A DNA stretch of 64,000 bases from an uncultured bacterium (GTDB taxonomy: Bacteria > Patescibacteriota > Dojkabacteria > J137). Both the position numbers and the translations under genes were made by a program. Shown piece by piece: positions 39,248 to 47,408 of the stretch. Below the pieces are notes generated by a model, which was given only the letters and a program-made list of their open reading frames with translations, was not told the origin of the DNA and searched no databases. The first letter of the stretch is position 1; the number at the start of each line of letters is the position of its first letter. Where the stretch lies: the NCBI GenBank assembly GCA_963700155.1, contig OY969472.1, forward strand, positions 176,271 through 240,270, in the 5' to 3' direction.

Positions 39248-39682
39248 TTACACATTAGTGATTTTTTCTCCTAATTCCTTTGCTCTCCATTGTAAATCTA
39301 TTAACACTCTAAACCTAGCATTCTTGGTTACATCAGTTTGTTTCAATAATTTTAATATCAACTCTGTTTCAAAATTCTTCATTCCTGTTGAATTTATAAG
39401 AAAATCAAGCATTACACAATTATTTGTACCAATGTCTTCCATCAATTGATTTGATACATTGCAAGTTGTAACTAAAAAAGTTCTCACTCCATTTAATTGA
39501 AAATACCCCTCATAAATCTTAATTAAATTATCTATACCTTCTTTAAGTATTAATACTGTAATATCCTGAGGATATTTTTCCAATAATTCTTTGATAGCAT
39601 TCTGACAAATAATTACATCACTAGTAGGTTCTTTATCCATAATATATAAATATGAGTTAATTTTCTGGATTATACATAACAA
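39248..39682 (-). CDS. Hypothetical protein (likely starts at the internal Met, MDKEPTSD, at 39640)
   Basis: ORF only. Confidence 0.4.
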   Translation of the reverse strand: MLCIIQKINSYLYIMDKEPTSDVIICQNAIKELLEKYPQDITVLILKEGIDNLIKIYEGYFQLNGVRTFLVTTCNVSNQLMEDIGTNNCVMLDFLINSTGMKNFETELILKLLKQTDVTKNARFRVLIDLQWRAKELGEKITNV

Positions 39683-39714
39683 TTCATGAATTTATCAAGT
39701 TGTGTTGGTTGTTA

Positions 39715-39756
39715 GGCGCGGCGTTAAATGCCGCGCCATCTCAACCTTGCTAATTA
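39715..39756. repeat. Cassette-1 3' element: GGCGCGGCG-TTAAA-TGCCGCGCC hairpin plus terminal IR AACCTTGCTAATTA
   Basis: Nearly identical elements at 40943-40980 and 41751-41782. The 14-bp IR partner TAATTAGCAAGGTT is at 40798-40811. Confidence 0.85.
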
Positions 39757-40635
39757 TCAATTAGTCCGACGCCTGATCATCTCCAGTACTTGTTGGGCTT
39801 GATATGTAGAACAGGATGGGGTAAGCCCCCATACATGAGTATTGTCGTCTGTCAGGTATATAGGTTCACGGGTAAGCCAGGCGTTCGAATATAAGCCATT
39901 TCGCACTACAATCATCCACTCTCCTTCTGTTGGAAGAAGTTGTTTCGACATTAGCCCATCGGTGTCAAAGAGTGGAGTCCAGTATCCGCCTGGACCATTC
40001 TTAATCTGACCTGCGACTTCACCATTGATCTTATAAATGACTTCTCCGAAGTCGCAGAACGGGACATCCTCACCAGGGCTTGGTGCCACATAGTCGGACG
40101 TCTTGTCGAAATCCACCCACACTGACGCTTCAGAGCCATCAATTCCGACCCGGACAGCGTTACCCTCGCAGGATTGCACTGTGGTGTCGTAACCAATGAC
40201 CGAGATCCCCGCTTCAAGCTGAAGCTGGGAGTCAAGATAAATCTCGACGCTCGGCGGAACGCGAATCGGATTATCGATAGCGCAATGCCTTACTGTCTCC
40301 TGCACTCCGCCAAGTTGATCAGTGTAGCTGGAGGTTTCATCGAAATCCGCCAAGTCTACCCACACACCAGCATCCACACTAGCTACTGATCTATCGTGGA
40401 AAATGACAAGAGCTGCATTTCCCTGGCATGCTCTAACTTCACCATCGAAGCCAGCGATCAAGGATCCAGCACTAACTTGAAGCTGAGAGTCAAGGTAAAG
40501 TGCAGTACCTGCTGGAACATGAATCGAGGGGAGTCCTGTGACACAGTAACGCTGATGAACATCCTGCCCAAGAGCAGGCTGAATCAGTCCGATAGTGAGC
40601 AATACGCCCACGAATATTACCACTAATTTCTTCAT
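39757..40635 (-). CDS. Secreted protein, paralogue 1 of a three-member family (two internal about 70-aa repeats plus a shared C-terminal domain). GC-rich.
   Basis: Signal peptide MKKLVVIFVGVLLTIGLIQPALGQ. Internal duplication YCVTGLPSIHVPAGTALYLDSQLQ... and HCAIDNPIRVPPSVEIYLDSQLQ.... C-terminus GEWMIVVRNG...HVWGLTPSC...VLEMI is shared with paralogues 2 and 3. Confidence 0.7.
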   Translation of the reverse strand: MKKLVVIFVGVLLTIGLIQPALGQDVHQRYCVTGLPSIHVPAGTALYLDSQLQVSAGSLIAGFDGEVRACQGNAALVIFHDRSVASVDAGVWVDLADFDETSSYTDQLGGVQETVRHCAIDNPIRVPPSVEIYLDSQLQLEAGISVIGYDTTVQSCEGNAVRVGIDGSEASVWVDFDKTSDYVAPSPGEDVPFCDFGEVIYKINGEVAGQIKNGPGGYWTPLFDTDGLMSKQLLPTEGEWMIVVRNGLYSNAWLTREPIYLTDDNTHVWGLTPSCSTYQAQQVLEMIRRRTN

Positions 40636-40724
40636 TTCCGGTCTCCAGTATATTATGATTTTGCAGCTACGCTTATAAAGGACGCTACTTACCCTCAGTC
40701 TTTAAAGTTCGAGCTCGTTCAGCT

Positions 40725-40782
40725 TTAAAGATGCGCAAACTAACCTCATTTTATTTTTAAAGTCAGTTTGCGCATCTTAAAG
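40725..40782. promoter_or_regulatory. Large palindromic operator-like element upstream of paralogue 1 (TTTAAAGATGCGCAAACTAAC ... GTCAGTTTGCGCATCTTAAAG)
   Basis: A roughly 21-bp inverted repeat around a 16-nt AT spacer. It is related to the elements upstream of paralogues 2 and 3. Confidence 0.55.
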
Positions 40783-40942
40783 TACAAACTCAAGCAATAA
40801 TTAGCAAGGTTGTTAATGAACTGTAAAACTAACAAATGATTAGAATTTACAAGGGGATTATATCATGGTGATATACTTATGTCACATTAAAGTATCATAG
40901 GTACTTATTTAGGAAGGAATTAAGGAAGTTAGATTAGGTTCA

Positions 40943-40980
40943 GGCGCGGCGTTAAACGCCGCGCCTTCTCAACCTTGCTA
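40943..40980. repeat. Cassette-2 3' element: GGCGCGGCGTTAAACGCCGCGCC hairpin plus AACCTTGCTA
   Basis: A perfect 9-bp GC stem with a 5-nt loop. The IR partner AGCAAGGTT is at 41554-41562. Confidence 0.85.
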
Positions 40981-40981
40981 G

Positions 40982-41389
40982 CTATCCTAGGAAAATCCCG
41001 ATGAGATGAAGTAACCAAACGAGAAACTCGAGCTGCGGTTTTACGCACCCAATTGAATAGGTCCAAACCCTTGAGCCAGGTTTGACACTATCATATGGGG
41101 TTGCTGATACTTCGGCAGTGCTGAACAGTATTCGATCATTATGCAATCTTGCTACGATTAACCACTGCCCCGAAGGATTTACAAATATTGCTCCTCCGTT
41201 ATCAGTACTTAGCGAATCGAAGTACCATCCATTACTCATTGGTACCTGACGAAGCCCTTTTATTAGAATGCACTCAGTCACTCCAAGTGACATCCCCGAG
41301 CTGGAGCTATCGGCGAGAGCTGGGATAATTTGCAGTCCCAGCAATCCAATGAGCAATATGCTCACTAAGAATAATGGAATTCTATTCAT
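40982..41389 (-). CDS. Secreted protein, paralogue 2 (135 aa), GC-rich
   Basis: Signal peptide MNRIPLFLVSILLIGLLGLQIIPALA. GQWLIVARLHND...RVWTYSIGC...LEFLV aligns with the shared C-terminal domain. Confidence 0.65.
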   Translation of the reverse strand: MNRIPLFLVSILLIGLLGLQIIPALADSSSSGMSLGVTECILIKGLRQVPMSNGWYFDSLSTDNGGAIFVNPSGQWLIVARLHNDRILFSTAEVSATPYDSVKPGSRVWTYSIGCVKPQLEFLVWLLHLIGIFLG

Positions 41390-41476
41390 TCTACCTCCAT
41401 TACAAGCTACTGCAGCTTCGCTAACTCAAGGATGCTGCTACCCTTATCATCAAGTACTGAGCTCATTCGGACTCGA

Positions 41477-41524
41477 TGACGCGCAAAGTAACTTAAAATT
41501 TAATTATCGTCACTTTGCGCGTCA
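41477..41524. promoter_or_regulatory. Palindromic operator-like element upstream of paralogue 2 (TGACGCGCAAAGTAAC-N16-GTCACTTTGCGCGTCA)
   Basis: A 16-bp IR with one mismatch. Near-identical copy at 42479-42526. Confidence 0.6.
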
Positions 41525-41553
41525 CCAATCTTAAAATTTTCAAGGATATTATC

Positions 41554-41650
41554 AGCAAGGTTATCAGTAATCTTTCATAGCTTTCGCATATGATTTTGAT
41601 TACTAACAACATTAATCCCATAAGTGGGATTGCTGTTATTAATGTGCTTA
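41554..41650. repeat. Conserved about 100-nt AT-rich structured block (AGCAAGGTTATCAGTAATCTTTCATAGCTTTCGCATATGATTTTGATTACTAACAACATTAATCCCATAAGTGGGATTGCTG...)
   Basis: Repeated at 42555-42660 with a few substitutions. Contains AGTAATC/GATTACT and AATCCCA/TGGGATT hairpins. Confidence 0.8.
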
Positions 41651-41750
41651 TAATACTATTATACACTAAGAGATTATTTTATATAATATAAGAAGTATAT
41701 AAGGATTTTAAAGATATCTATATTTATTTGAAAGTTATCAGGCGCGGCGT

Positions 41751-41782
41751 TAAACGCCGCGCCTACATCGATAACCTTGCTA
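41751..41782. repeat. Cassette-3 3' element: GGCGCGGCGTTAAACGCCGCGCC hairpin plus AACCTTGCTA (overlaps the stop codon)
   Basis: As for cassettes 1 and 2. The IR partner CATAGT..TAGCAAGGTTAT is at 42543-42566. Confidence 0.85.
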
Positions 41783-42406
41783 ACTATGCATAATCTCCAA
41801 GATGTGATCAAGATCCCCCTGATCACACCCATTGTTCAGCGCCCAGACGTGGGCGCCGAAAATCGAGCTGACGAACGTGTAATTGACAAACCGAGCGGTC
41901 TGCCAGAGATCGTTGCCTTCAGGTCCTTTGTCCACTACTAAGAGCAGTTGCCCGTAATAGTGGAGATCAGTCGAGGGATGAACAAAGACGATTCCTCCTT
42001 GATTAGTCTCACGACCGGCATGATAATCTCCGTCACCGATGGCGTCGCCGCCAAAAACCTTCTGAATACGGCAGATCGGGCGAGTAACTTGCGGTCCATC
42101 AGGCATAATTGAGCCTTCAAAGATGGAATTCCTTATATCATCAACCGCAACCCATAACCGATGATCGGAGCCGTGAATACTGATCTCTGCTGAATCGATG
42201 TCATCTGCGCAAGTATTCACAACAGCACCAAATCCTTCCGTTGTCAGACCATATTGTTCGGTCCGACCCGCGTCATTGAATAGCCAGGTGCCTGGCTGGA
42301 CAATTACGTAGCCATTCGTACATGCCACATTTTCTTGCCCGATGGCTGGCGTAACCAGCATGGCTGAAAGGACAATGAACACAATGAACAGAACTAGCTT
42401 CTTCAT
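41780..42406 (-). CDS. Secreted protein, paralogue 3 (208 aa), GC-rich
   Basis: Signal peptide MKKLVLFIVFIVLSAMLVTPAIGQ. The C-terminus GQLLLVVDKG...HVWALNNGC...ILEIM aligns with paralogues 1 and 2. Confidence 0.7.
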   Translation of the reverse strand: MKKLVLFIVFIVLSAMLVTPAIGQENVACTNGYVIVQPGTWLFNDAGRTEQYGLTTEGFGAVVNTCADDIDSAEISIHGSDHRLWVAVDDIRNSIFEGSIMPDGPQVTRPICRIQKVFGGDAIGDGDYHAGRETNQGGIVFVHPSTDLHYYGQLLLVVDKGPEGNDLWQTARFVNYTFVSSIFGAHVWALNNGCDQGDLDHILEIMHS

Positions 42407-42478
42407 TTTCTTATCTCCGTTTTGAACTCTTTCTCTCGAAGTATGCTTATCATCTTCCCGAATGATTCCTGGGTTTAA

Positions 42479-42526
42479 TGACGCGCAAAGTAACTTAAAA
42501 TTTAATTATTGTCACTTTGCGCGTCA
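42479..42526. promoter_or_regulatory. Palindromic operator-like element upstream of paralogue 3
   Basis: TGACGCGCAAAGTAACTTAAAATTTAATTATTGTCACTTTGCGCGTCA. Confidence 0.6.
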
Positions 42527-42554
42527 CTAACTTTCAGTTCTAACATAGTTATAT

Positions 42555-42660
42555 TAGCAAGGTTATCAGTAATCCTTTCATAGCTTTCACATATGATTTT
42601 GATTACTAACAACATTAATCCCATAAAAGGAATTGCTGTTGTTAATGTTCTAAGTAAACT
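42555..42660. repeat. Second copy of the conserved about 100-nt block, beginning with TAGCAAGGTT
   Basis: See 41554-41650. Confidence 0.8.
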
Positions 42661-42774
42661 CATAAATGAATCTACTCGATTGAATTATATCATCGGTATA
42701 TATTTCTTATCAAACTTTTATTTATGAATAAGTTAACTTTAAAATTTCTTTTTCAAAAGCTATACTATTGATAT

Positions 42775-43245
42775 ATGGAAATAAAAATAAGTAAAAATAA
42801 AATAAGTTTATTTTTCAAAATATTAATAACATCAATAATTTTATTAGCTGTACTTGCTTTCTTTCTACCATTTATAGAAAAAGACGCTTCGAGTTTTGAT
42901 AATAGCAATGTTAACTCAAATGGGTATATTGATAACTTGGGATATGTTAATTATTCTCCAGCCATAAAGAGCTTTTCAAATAAAAAGAATGTTTTATTCT
43001 TTAAAGCAAATTGGTGTTCCACTTGTACAACGGCTGATCTGAACTTTCAGAAAGAACTTCAAAATAAAAGTATTCCAAACTACTTAACTATTTATAAAGT
43101 AGATTTTGAAAAAGATGTTGCCTTAAAACAGAAATACGGAGTAACTCTTCAACATACTTTTGTTCAGGTAGATAATAACGGAAATGAACTAAAAAAATGG
43201 ATCGGAAGTTATACTATTGATGAAGTTCTTAAAGAAATCGTTTAA
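42775..43245 (+). CDS. Thioredoxin-fold protein with an N-terminal TM anchor (CxxC)
   Basis: TM ILITSIILLAVLAFFLPF. FFKANWCSTCTTAD is a thioredoxin-like CxxC active site. Confidence 0.55.
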   Translation: MEIKISKNKISLFFKILITSIILLAVLAFFLPFIEKDASSFDNSNVNSNGYIDNLGYVNYSPAIKSFSNKKNVLFFKANWCSTCTTADLNFQKELQNKSIPNYLTIYKVDFEKDVALKQKYGVTLQHTFVQVDNNGNELKKWIGSYTIDEVLKEIV

Positions 43246-43721
43246 ATTACATCTTCAATCTGAGGATTACATAATATCAGCCAATTTTTTGAATTCATTA
43301 ATATTGAAATTGATCTATCCCCAGCATTAAATGCTATTTCATCATTATTTAATAAAGTTTTTTCAGCAATCATTTTTATTCCAAAAAGATTTCCAAAAGG
43401 TGGCACTCCACCAGGAATTACACCGTTTGTAATCTGAAATACTTCATCAGCAGTAGCAAAACTTAGTTTATTTATTCCTAGAATACCTCTGACTTTTTTA
43501 GAATCAAATCTTTGATCACCAGGGACAATAACCATTGCAAATTCATAAACTTTATCTTTGTTTTTATATTTGACTATTAATGCTTTTGCTCCTTGAGTAA
43601 TGCTAATGTCACCTCTTACCTTTGCTGCTTCTTCAGAGGTCCTTACAGGTTCATGCCTAAATTCTTTATATGAAATATTATTATCTTTTAGTAGCTGATT
43701 AATTTTTTCGTATGTGTTCAT
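43242..43721 (-). CDS. ybaK: YbaK/ProX-family aminoacyl-tRNA deacylase (Cys-tRNA(Pro) trans-editing)
   Basis: GAKALIVKY...VIVPGDQRFDSKKV...TNGVIPGGVPPFG matches the YbaK/EbsC deacylase domain pattern. Confidence 0.7.
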   Translation of the reverse strand: MNTYEKINQLLKDNNISYKEFRHEPVRTSEEAAKVRGDISITQGAKALIVKYKNKDKVYEFAMVIVPGDQRFDSKKVRGILGINKLSFATADEVFQITNGVIPGGVPPFGNLFGIKMIAEKTLLNNDEIAFNAGDRSISILMNSKNWLILCNPQIEDVI

Positions 43722-43786
43722 CTTTATAAATTTAGATATACGAAAAAGATTTTAATCTATTTAATTTTTATATTCTACCTTTAGGA

Positions 43787-44218
43787 TTATTTCTTTGTTG
43801 TAGTTTTCTTAGTTGCAGTTTTTTTTGCAGCTGACTTTGTTACCTGTTTTTTTACTGTCGAAGTTTTTTTAATTATTGGTTTCGTATCAACTTTAGTTGA
43901 TGGCATTACATCTATTTCTGTAGGCTTAACTTCTCCACCTTGAACAACAGCTGAAGCACTCTCAACAACATCAACATATTTTTGATGTCTTTTATATCCT
44001 GTCATTCTTCTGAATGCAACGAAGCCTAGTTTTGTTGCATAAAGTGTGAAATCTCTTCCTTGTTTAACATTTACACCTGGATAAAATTCAGAACCTCTTT
44101 GTCTGACAATAATTTCTCCTGGATTAACTTTTTCTCCACCAAATTTTTTAATGCCTAGTCTTTTTCCTATGACATCAACTGTTCTTTTTGCTGAACCGGT
44201 GGCGGCTGAATGTGCCAT
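43787..44218 (-). CDS. rpmA: 50S ribosomal protein L27 with a Lys/Thr-rich C-terminal extension
   Basis: RLGIKKFGGEKVNPGEIIVRQRGSEFYPGVNVKQGRDFTLYA is the conserved L27 core. Confidence 0.9.
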   Translation of the reverse strand: MAHSAATGSAKRTVDVIGKRLGIKKFGGEKVNPGEIIVRQRGSEFYPGVNVKQGRDFTLYATKLGFVAFRRMTGYKRHQKYVDVVESASAVVQGGEVKPTEIDVMPSTKVDTKPIIKKTSTVKKQVTKSAAKKTATKKTTTKK

Positions 44219-44228
44219 TCTCTACAAT

Positions 44229-44546
44229 TTAATATTTAATAGATGTAACTTTAAATTTAGTTACTGATTTTCTGAAACCTCTATTTCTTCTATATCTTGA
44301 TTTTGCCTTAAAAATTCTGCTATTTACTTTTTCACCTTTTCCTTGTTCTAAAATTTCTAATTCAACAACTCCTTTAACAACATTTGGAGTGCCTACAACT
44401 AATTTATCTTCGTCTCCAACTGCTAAAACACTTTCAACTTTCATCTTTTTTCCTACTTCTGCTGTAAAATTAGGCACAGTATATTCTCTGCCTTCATTGA
44501 CAGTATATTGAAACATTCCGATTTGTATTATTGCGTATTTACTCAT
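44229..44546 (-). CDS. rplU: 50S ribosomal protein L21
   Basis: MSKYAIIQIGMFQYTVNEG... and the L21 fold pattern. It is in an operon with rpmA. Confidence 0.85.
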   Translation of the reverse strand: MSKYAIIQIGMFQYTVNEGREYTVPNFTAEVGKKMKVESVLAVGDEDKLVVGTPNVVKGVVELEILEQGKGEKVNSRIFKAKSRYRRNRGFRKSVTKFKVTSIKY

Positions 44547-44675
44547 ATTGAATATTTATTTTTTAGGCTGATGTAGTGTACTACAAAGCACAATTTATAT
44601 CAAGAATTATAGCATAGACTTGCTTATTTGTGAGTATATATACTATATTTATTATTATTTTGTTAAGTTATATAT

Positions 44676-44912
44676 ATGCAAGGAGAATCTCAAATAAAAT
44701 CAATAAAATCTGATTTAGAAGATCTTGAAAATAACATCGCATTGGGATTAAGTTATGAAGATATTGAAAAAACTTGGACTGATGCACAAAGTACAAGAAT
44801 TGAAGAAAATGTTGTCAGACACTTACAATCTAAAGATCTTTTATACCATGGATTACAGTTATGGGAAGTTTTAAGAATTAACGCGATTGTAAAAAATATA
44901 GATGGTAATTGA
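44676..44912 (+). CDS. Hypothetical small protein
   Basis: ORF only. Confidence 0.35.
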   Translation: MQGESQIKSIKSDLEDLENNIALGLSYEDIEKTWTDAQSTRIEENVVRHLQSKDLLYHGLQLWEVLRINAIVKNIDGN

Positions 44913-45014
44913 TATGTTTTAAATGATTTTGTAGACCTAATTGATCAGATATTTCTAAAAGTTAGTTTATATGGTGAAAGTAATTATGCAGATCTTAATA
45001 GTGAAATAAGGACA

Positions 45015-45404
45015 TTGTTAATTAAAAACCTTAAATCTGAAAACTCTCCATTAAAAAGATTTGAAAACGATCAAACTAGAAAAACAAAAGACGCAAGCAT
45101 AAATTATGTAATGAGATGGGTAAAACTTCCAAATTTTACACTAAATGAAAAATTTTTATCAAAGTCTGGGAAAGTAAGCATGGCAGATTTTGAAAAGATT
45201 ATGACTCCATTTTGGAGAAGTTTATGTAACGCTATGCTTGACTTCAATCTCAAAGAGAGTGATCTTAAAGATATTATATTAGAATTAAATATAGCTGGTT
45301 ACGACAGTAAACTATTTCCATTAAAATTTCTAAGAGAAGTTTTCAAATCAGTTGAAAAAGAACAACAAAATATTACACACAGAAAAGATCTTGGTATGGA
45401 TTAG
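45015..45404 (+). CDS. Hypothetical protein
   Basis: ORF only. Confidence 0.4.
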   Translation: MLIKNLKSENSPLKRFENDQTRKTKDASINYVMRWVKLPNFTLNEKFLSKSGKVSMADFEKIMTPFWRSLCNAMLDFNLKESDLKDIILELNIAGYDSKLFPLKFLREVFKSVEKEQQNITHRKDLGMD

Positions 45405-45407
45405 TTT

Positions 45408-45436
45408 ATAAAATTGGGGAAAGCGAAGCTTTCCCC
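45408..45436. terminator. Bidirectional intrinsic terminator between convergent genes (AATTGGGGAAAGC-GAA-GCTTTCCCCAATT)
   Basis: A perfect 13-bp inverted repeat with a G/C core, flanked by A/T runs on both sides. It sits between the stop of 45015..45404 and the stop of thrS. Confidence 0.7.
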
Positions 45437-45463
45437 AATTACTTTTAACTTTGAAAGTATAAG

Positions 45464-47206
45464 TTAAAGATCCAAAGCTTTACTAGAAACTTTTGCATTC
45501 ATTCGTTTACTAAATTCATCAATTTTTAATTCACCTAAATTTTCACCGGACCTCAATCTTACATTAACACTTCCATTCTGCATTTCTTTATCTCCCATAA
45601 CAAGCATATACGGAATTTTCTGTTCTTGAGCTTTGCGGATTCTGTTTCCAAGAGTCTCAGAAGCATCATCAACTTCTACCCTAAATCCTGCATCTTTCAA
45701 TTGCTTATAAACAGAATCCGCATATTCACCATGTTTATCTGTTGATATCGGCAAGACAACAGCCTGAACTGGTGAAAGCCATAATGGGAAAGCTCCTGCA
45801 AAATGTTCTATGATAACTCCTATAAATCGTTCTAGTGATCCATATATAACTCTATGAATAACTACAGGCGTTCTTTCTTTACCATCTTTATCTGTATATT
45901 TAAGATTAAATCTTTGAGGTTGTTGAAAATCTAATTGAATTGTTCCCATTTGCCATTCTCTCCCAATCGCATCTTTCATTAAAATATCAACCTTTGGACC
46001 ATAAAATGCTCCATCTCCTTCTAAAATTGAATATTCTTTCCCTGAATTTGCTAACACTTTTTTAAGTTTTTCTTCTGCTTTATTCCAAGTCTCCAACTCT
46101 CCTAAAAAGCCTTCAGGTCTAGTTCCCATTCTAAATTTATATTCCAAACCGAAGATTGAATAAAATTCTTCACAGATCTTAAATACTTCTTCATATTCAC
46201 TTTCAATCATCTCTTCCGAAATATAATTGTGCGAATCATCCTGCTGGAATGATCTTACTCTGAATAACCCATTTAGAGTTCCAGATCTTTCATATCTATG
46301 AAGTCTATCTGTATCTGATAGTCTTAATGGTAATTCTCTATAACTTCTTGGTTTTGATCCAAAAACAATCATTGCGTTAGGACAATTCATTGGTTTGACT
46401 CCATATACTTCATTTTCACCCATATCGGCGATAAACATATCATCTTTATAATGATCCCAATGACCAGATGTTACATATAGATCTGTTTTATTTAACAACG
46501 GACTAGATATTTCTTGATATCCATGTTCATCATGATATTTTCTCCAAAAGCTAACCAATTCGTTATAAATGACTAATCCTTTAGGGAGCCAGTAAGGCAT
46601 TCCAGGTGAAGTCTCATGGAACATAAATAAATCAAGTTTAGGTCCTAAAATTTTATGATCTCTTTTTTTTGCTTCTTCAAGCATTTGCAAATATGAATCT
46701 AACTCTTCCTGTGTTGGGAAAGCGGTTGCATAAATTCTTGTCAGCATTTTATTTTTCTCGTCACCTCTCCAATATGCTCCAGCTAAAGAAAGAATTTTAA
46801 AAGCTCCAATCTCTTTTGAAGGGTTTTCAACATGTCCGCCTCTGCAAAGATCTTCAAAATCTCCAGCTTTATAAAAAGTGATCTTTTGTCCCTCATTTGA
46901 GAATTCATTTATTAACTCAACTTTATATTCATTCCCTTTAACCTTTTCTAAGGCTTCTTCTTTTGAAACCTCAACATGGTTAAAGTGATCCCAAGATTTT
47001 AAAATCTCTTTCATTTTTTCTTCAATCTTTGGGAAATCATCTTCTGAAATTGAATCTTCACCAAAATCAAAATCGTAATAAAATCCATTTTCAATTGCAG
47101 GACCTATAGTTCTTTTTGCATTAGGCCAGATTTCAATAACTGCTGCTGCAAGCAAATGTGCTGTACTGTGTCTTAGTTTGTTTAAATAGTCTTTATCTTC
47201 ATTCAT
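45464..47206 (-). CDS. thrS: Threonyl-tRNA synthetase
   Basis: N-terminal editing-domain HSTAHLL motif. Class II core. TGHWDHYKDDMF and the C-terminal anticodon-binding domain. Confidence 0.9.
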   Translation of the reverse strand: MNEDKDYLNKLRHSTAHLLAAAVIEIWPNAKRTIGPAIENGFYYDFDFGEDSISEDDFPKIEEKMKEILKSWDHFNHVEVSKEEALEKVKGNEYKVELINEFSNEGQKITFYKAGDFEDLCRGGHVENPSKEIGAFKILSLAGAYWRGDEKNKMLTRIYATAFPTQEELDSYLQMLEEAKKRDHKILGPKLDLFMFHETSPGMPYWLPKGLVIYNELVSFWRKYHDEHGYQEISSPLLNKTDLYVTSGHWDHYKDDMFIADMGENEVYGVKPMNCPNAMIVFGSKPRSYRELPLRLSDTDRLHRYERSGTLNGLFRVRSFQQDDSHNYISEEMIESEYEEVFKICEEFYSIFGLEYKFRMGTRPEGFLGELETWNKAEEKLKKVLANSGKEYSILEGDGAFYGPKVDILMKDAIGREWQMGTIQLDFQQPQRFNLKYTDKDGKERTPVVIHRVIYGSLERFIGVIIEHFAGAFPLWLSPVQAVVLPISTDKHGEYADSVYKQLKDAGFRVEVDDASETLGNRIRKAQEQKIPYMLVMGDKEMQNGSVNVRLRSGENLGELKIDEFSKRMNAKVSSKALDL

Positions 47207-47408
47207 TGTTTTAATAATAAGATTTAATTTAATAATTCGAAATTAATTTGATTATATAGTTTTTCTAGTTTATTTGAAAATTTGATATAGAAAAGTGATA
47301 AATTTTTGGTGTAGTGATTTTTCCCCTTACGGGGTAGTAGTGAAAGTTGTTGAAGTGTAACCGTTAATTGTGAAAATGACTTCCTTATTCATTAATGTGA
47401 TTATACTA

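Noticed and set aside
47207-47408. T-box or terminator leader upstream of thrS
   Set aside because: There is no GGTGG-type T-box core. The CCCCGTAAGGGG hairpin is followed by A-run rather than U-run in the sense orientation.
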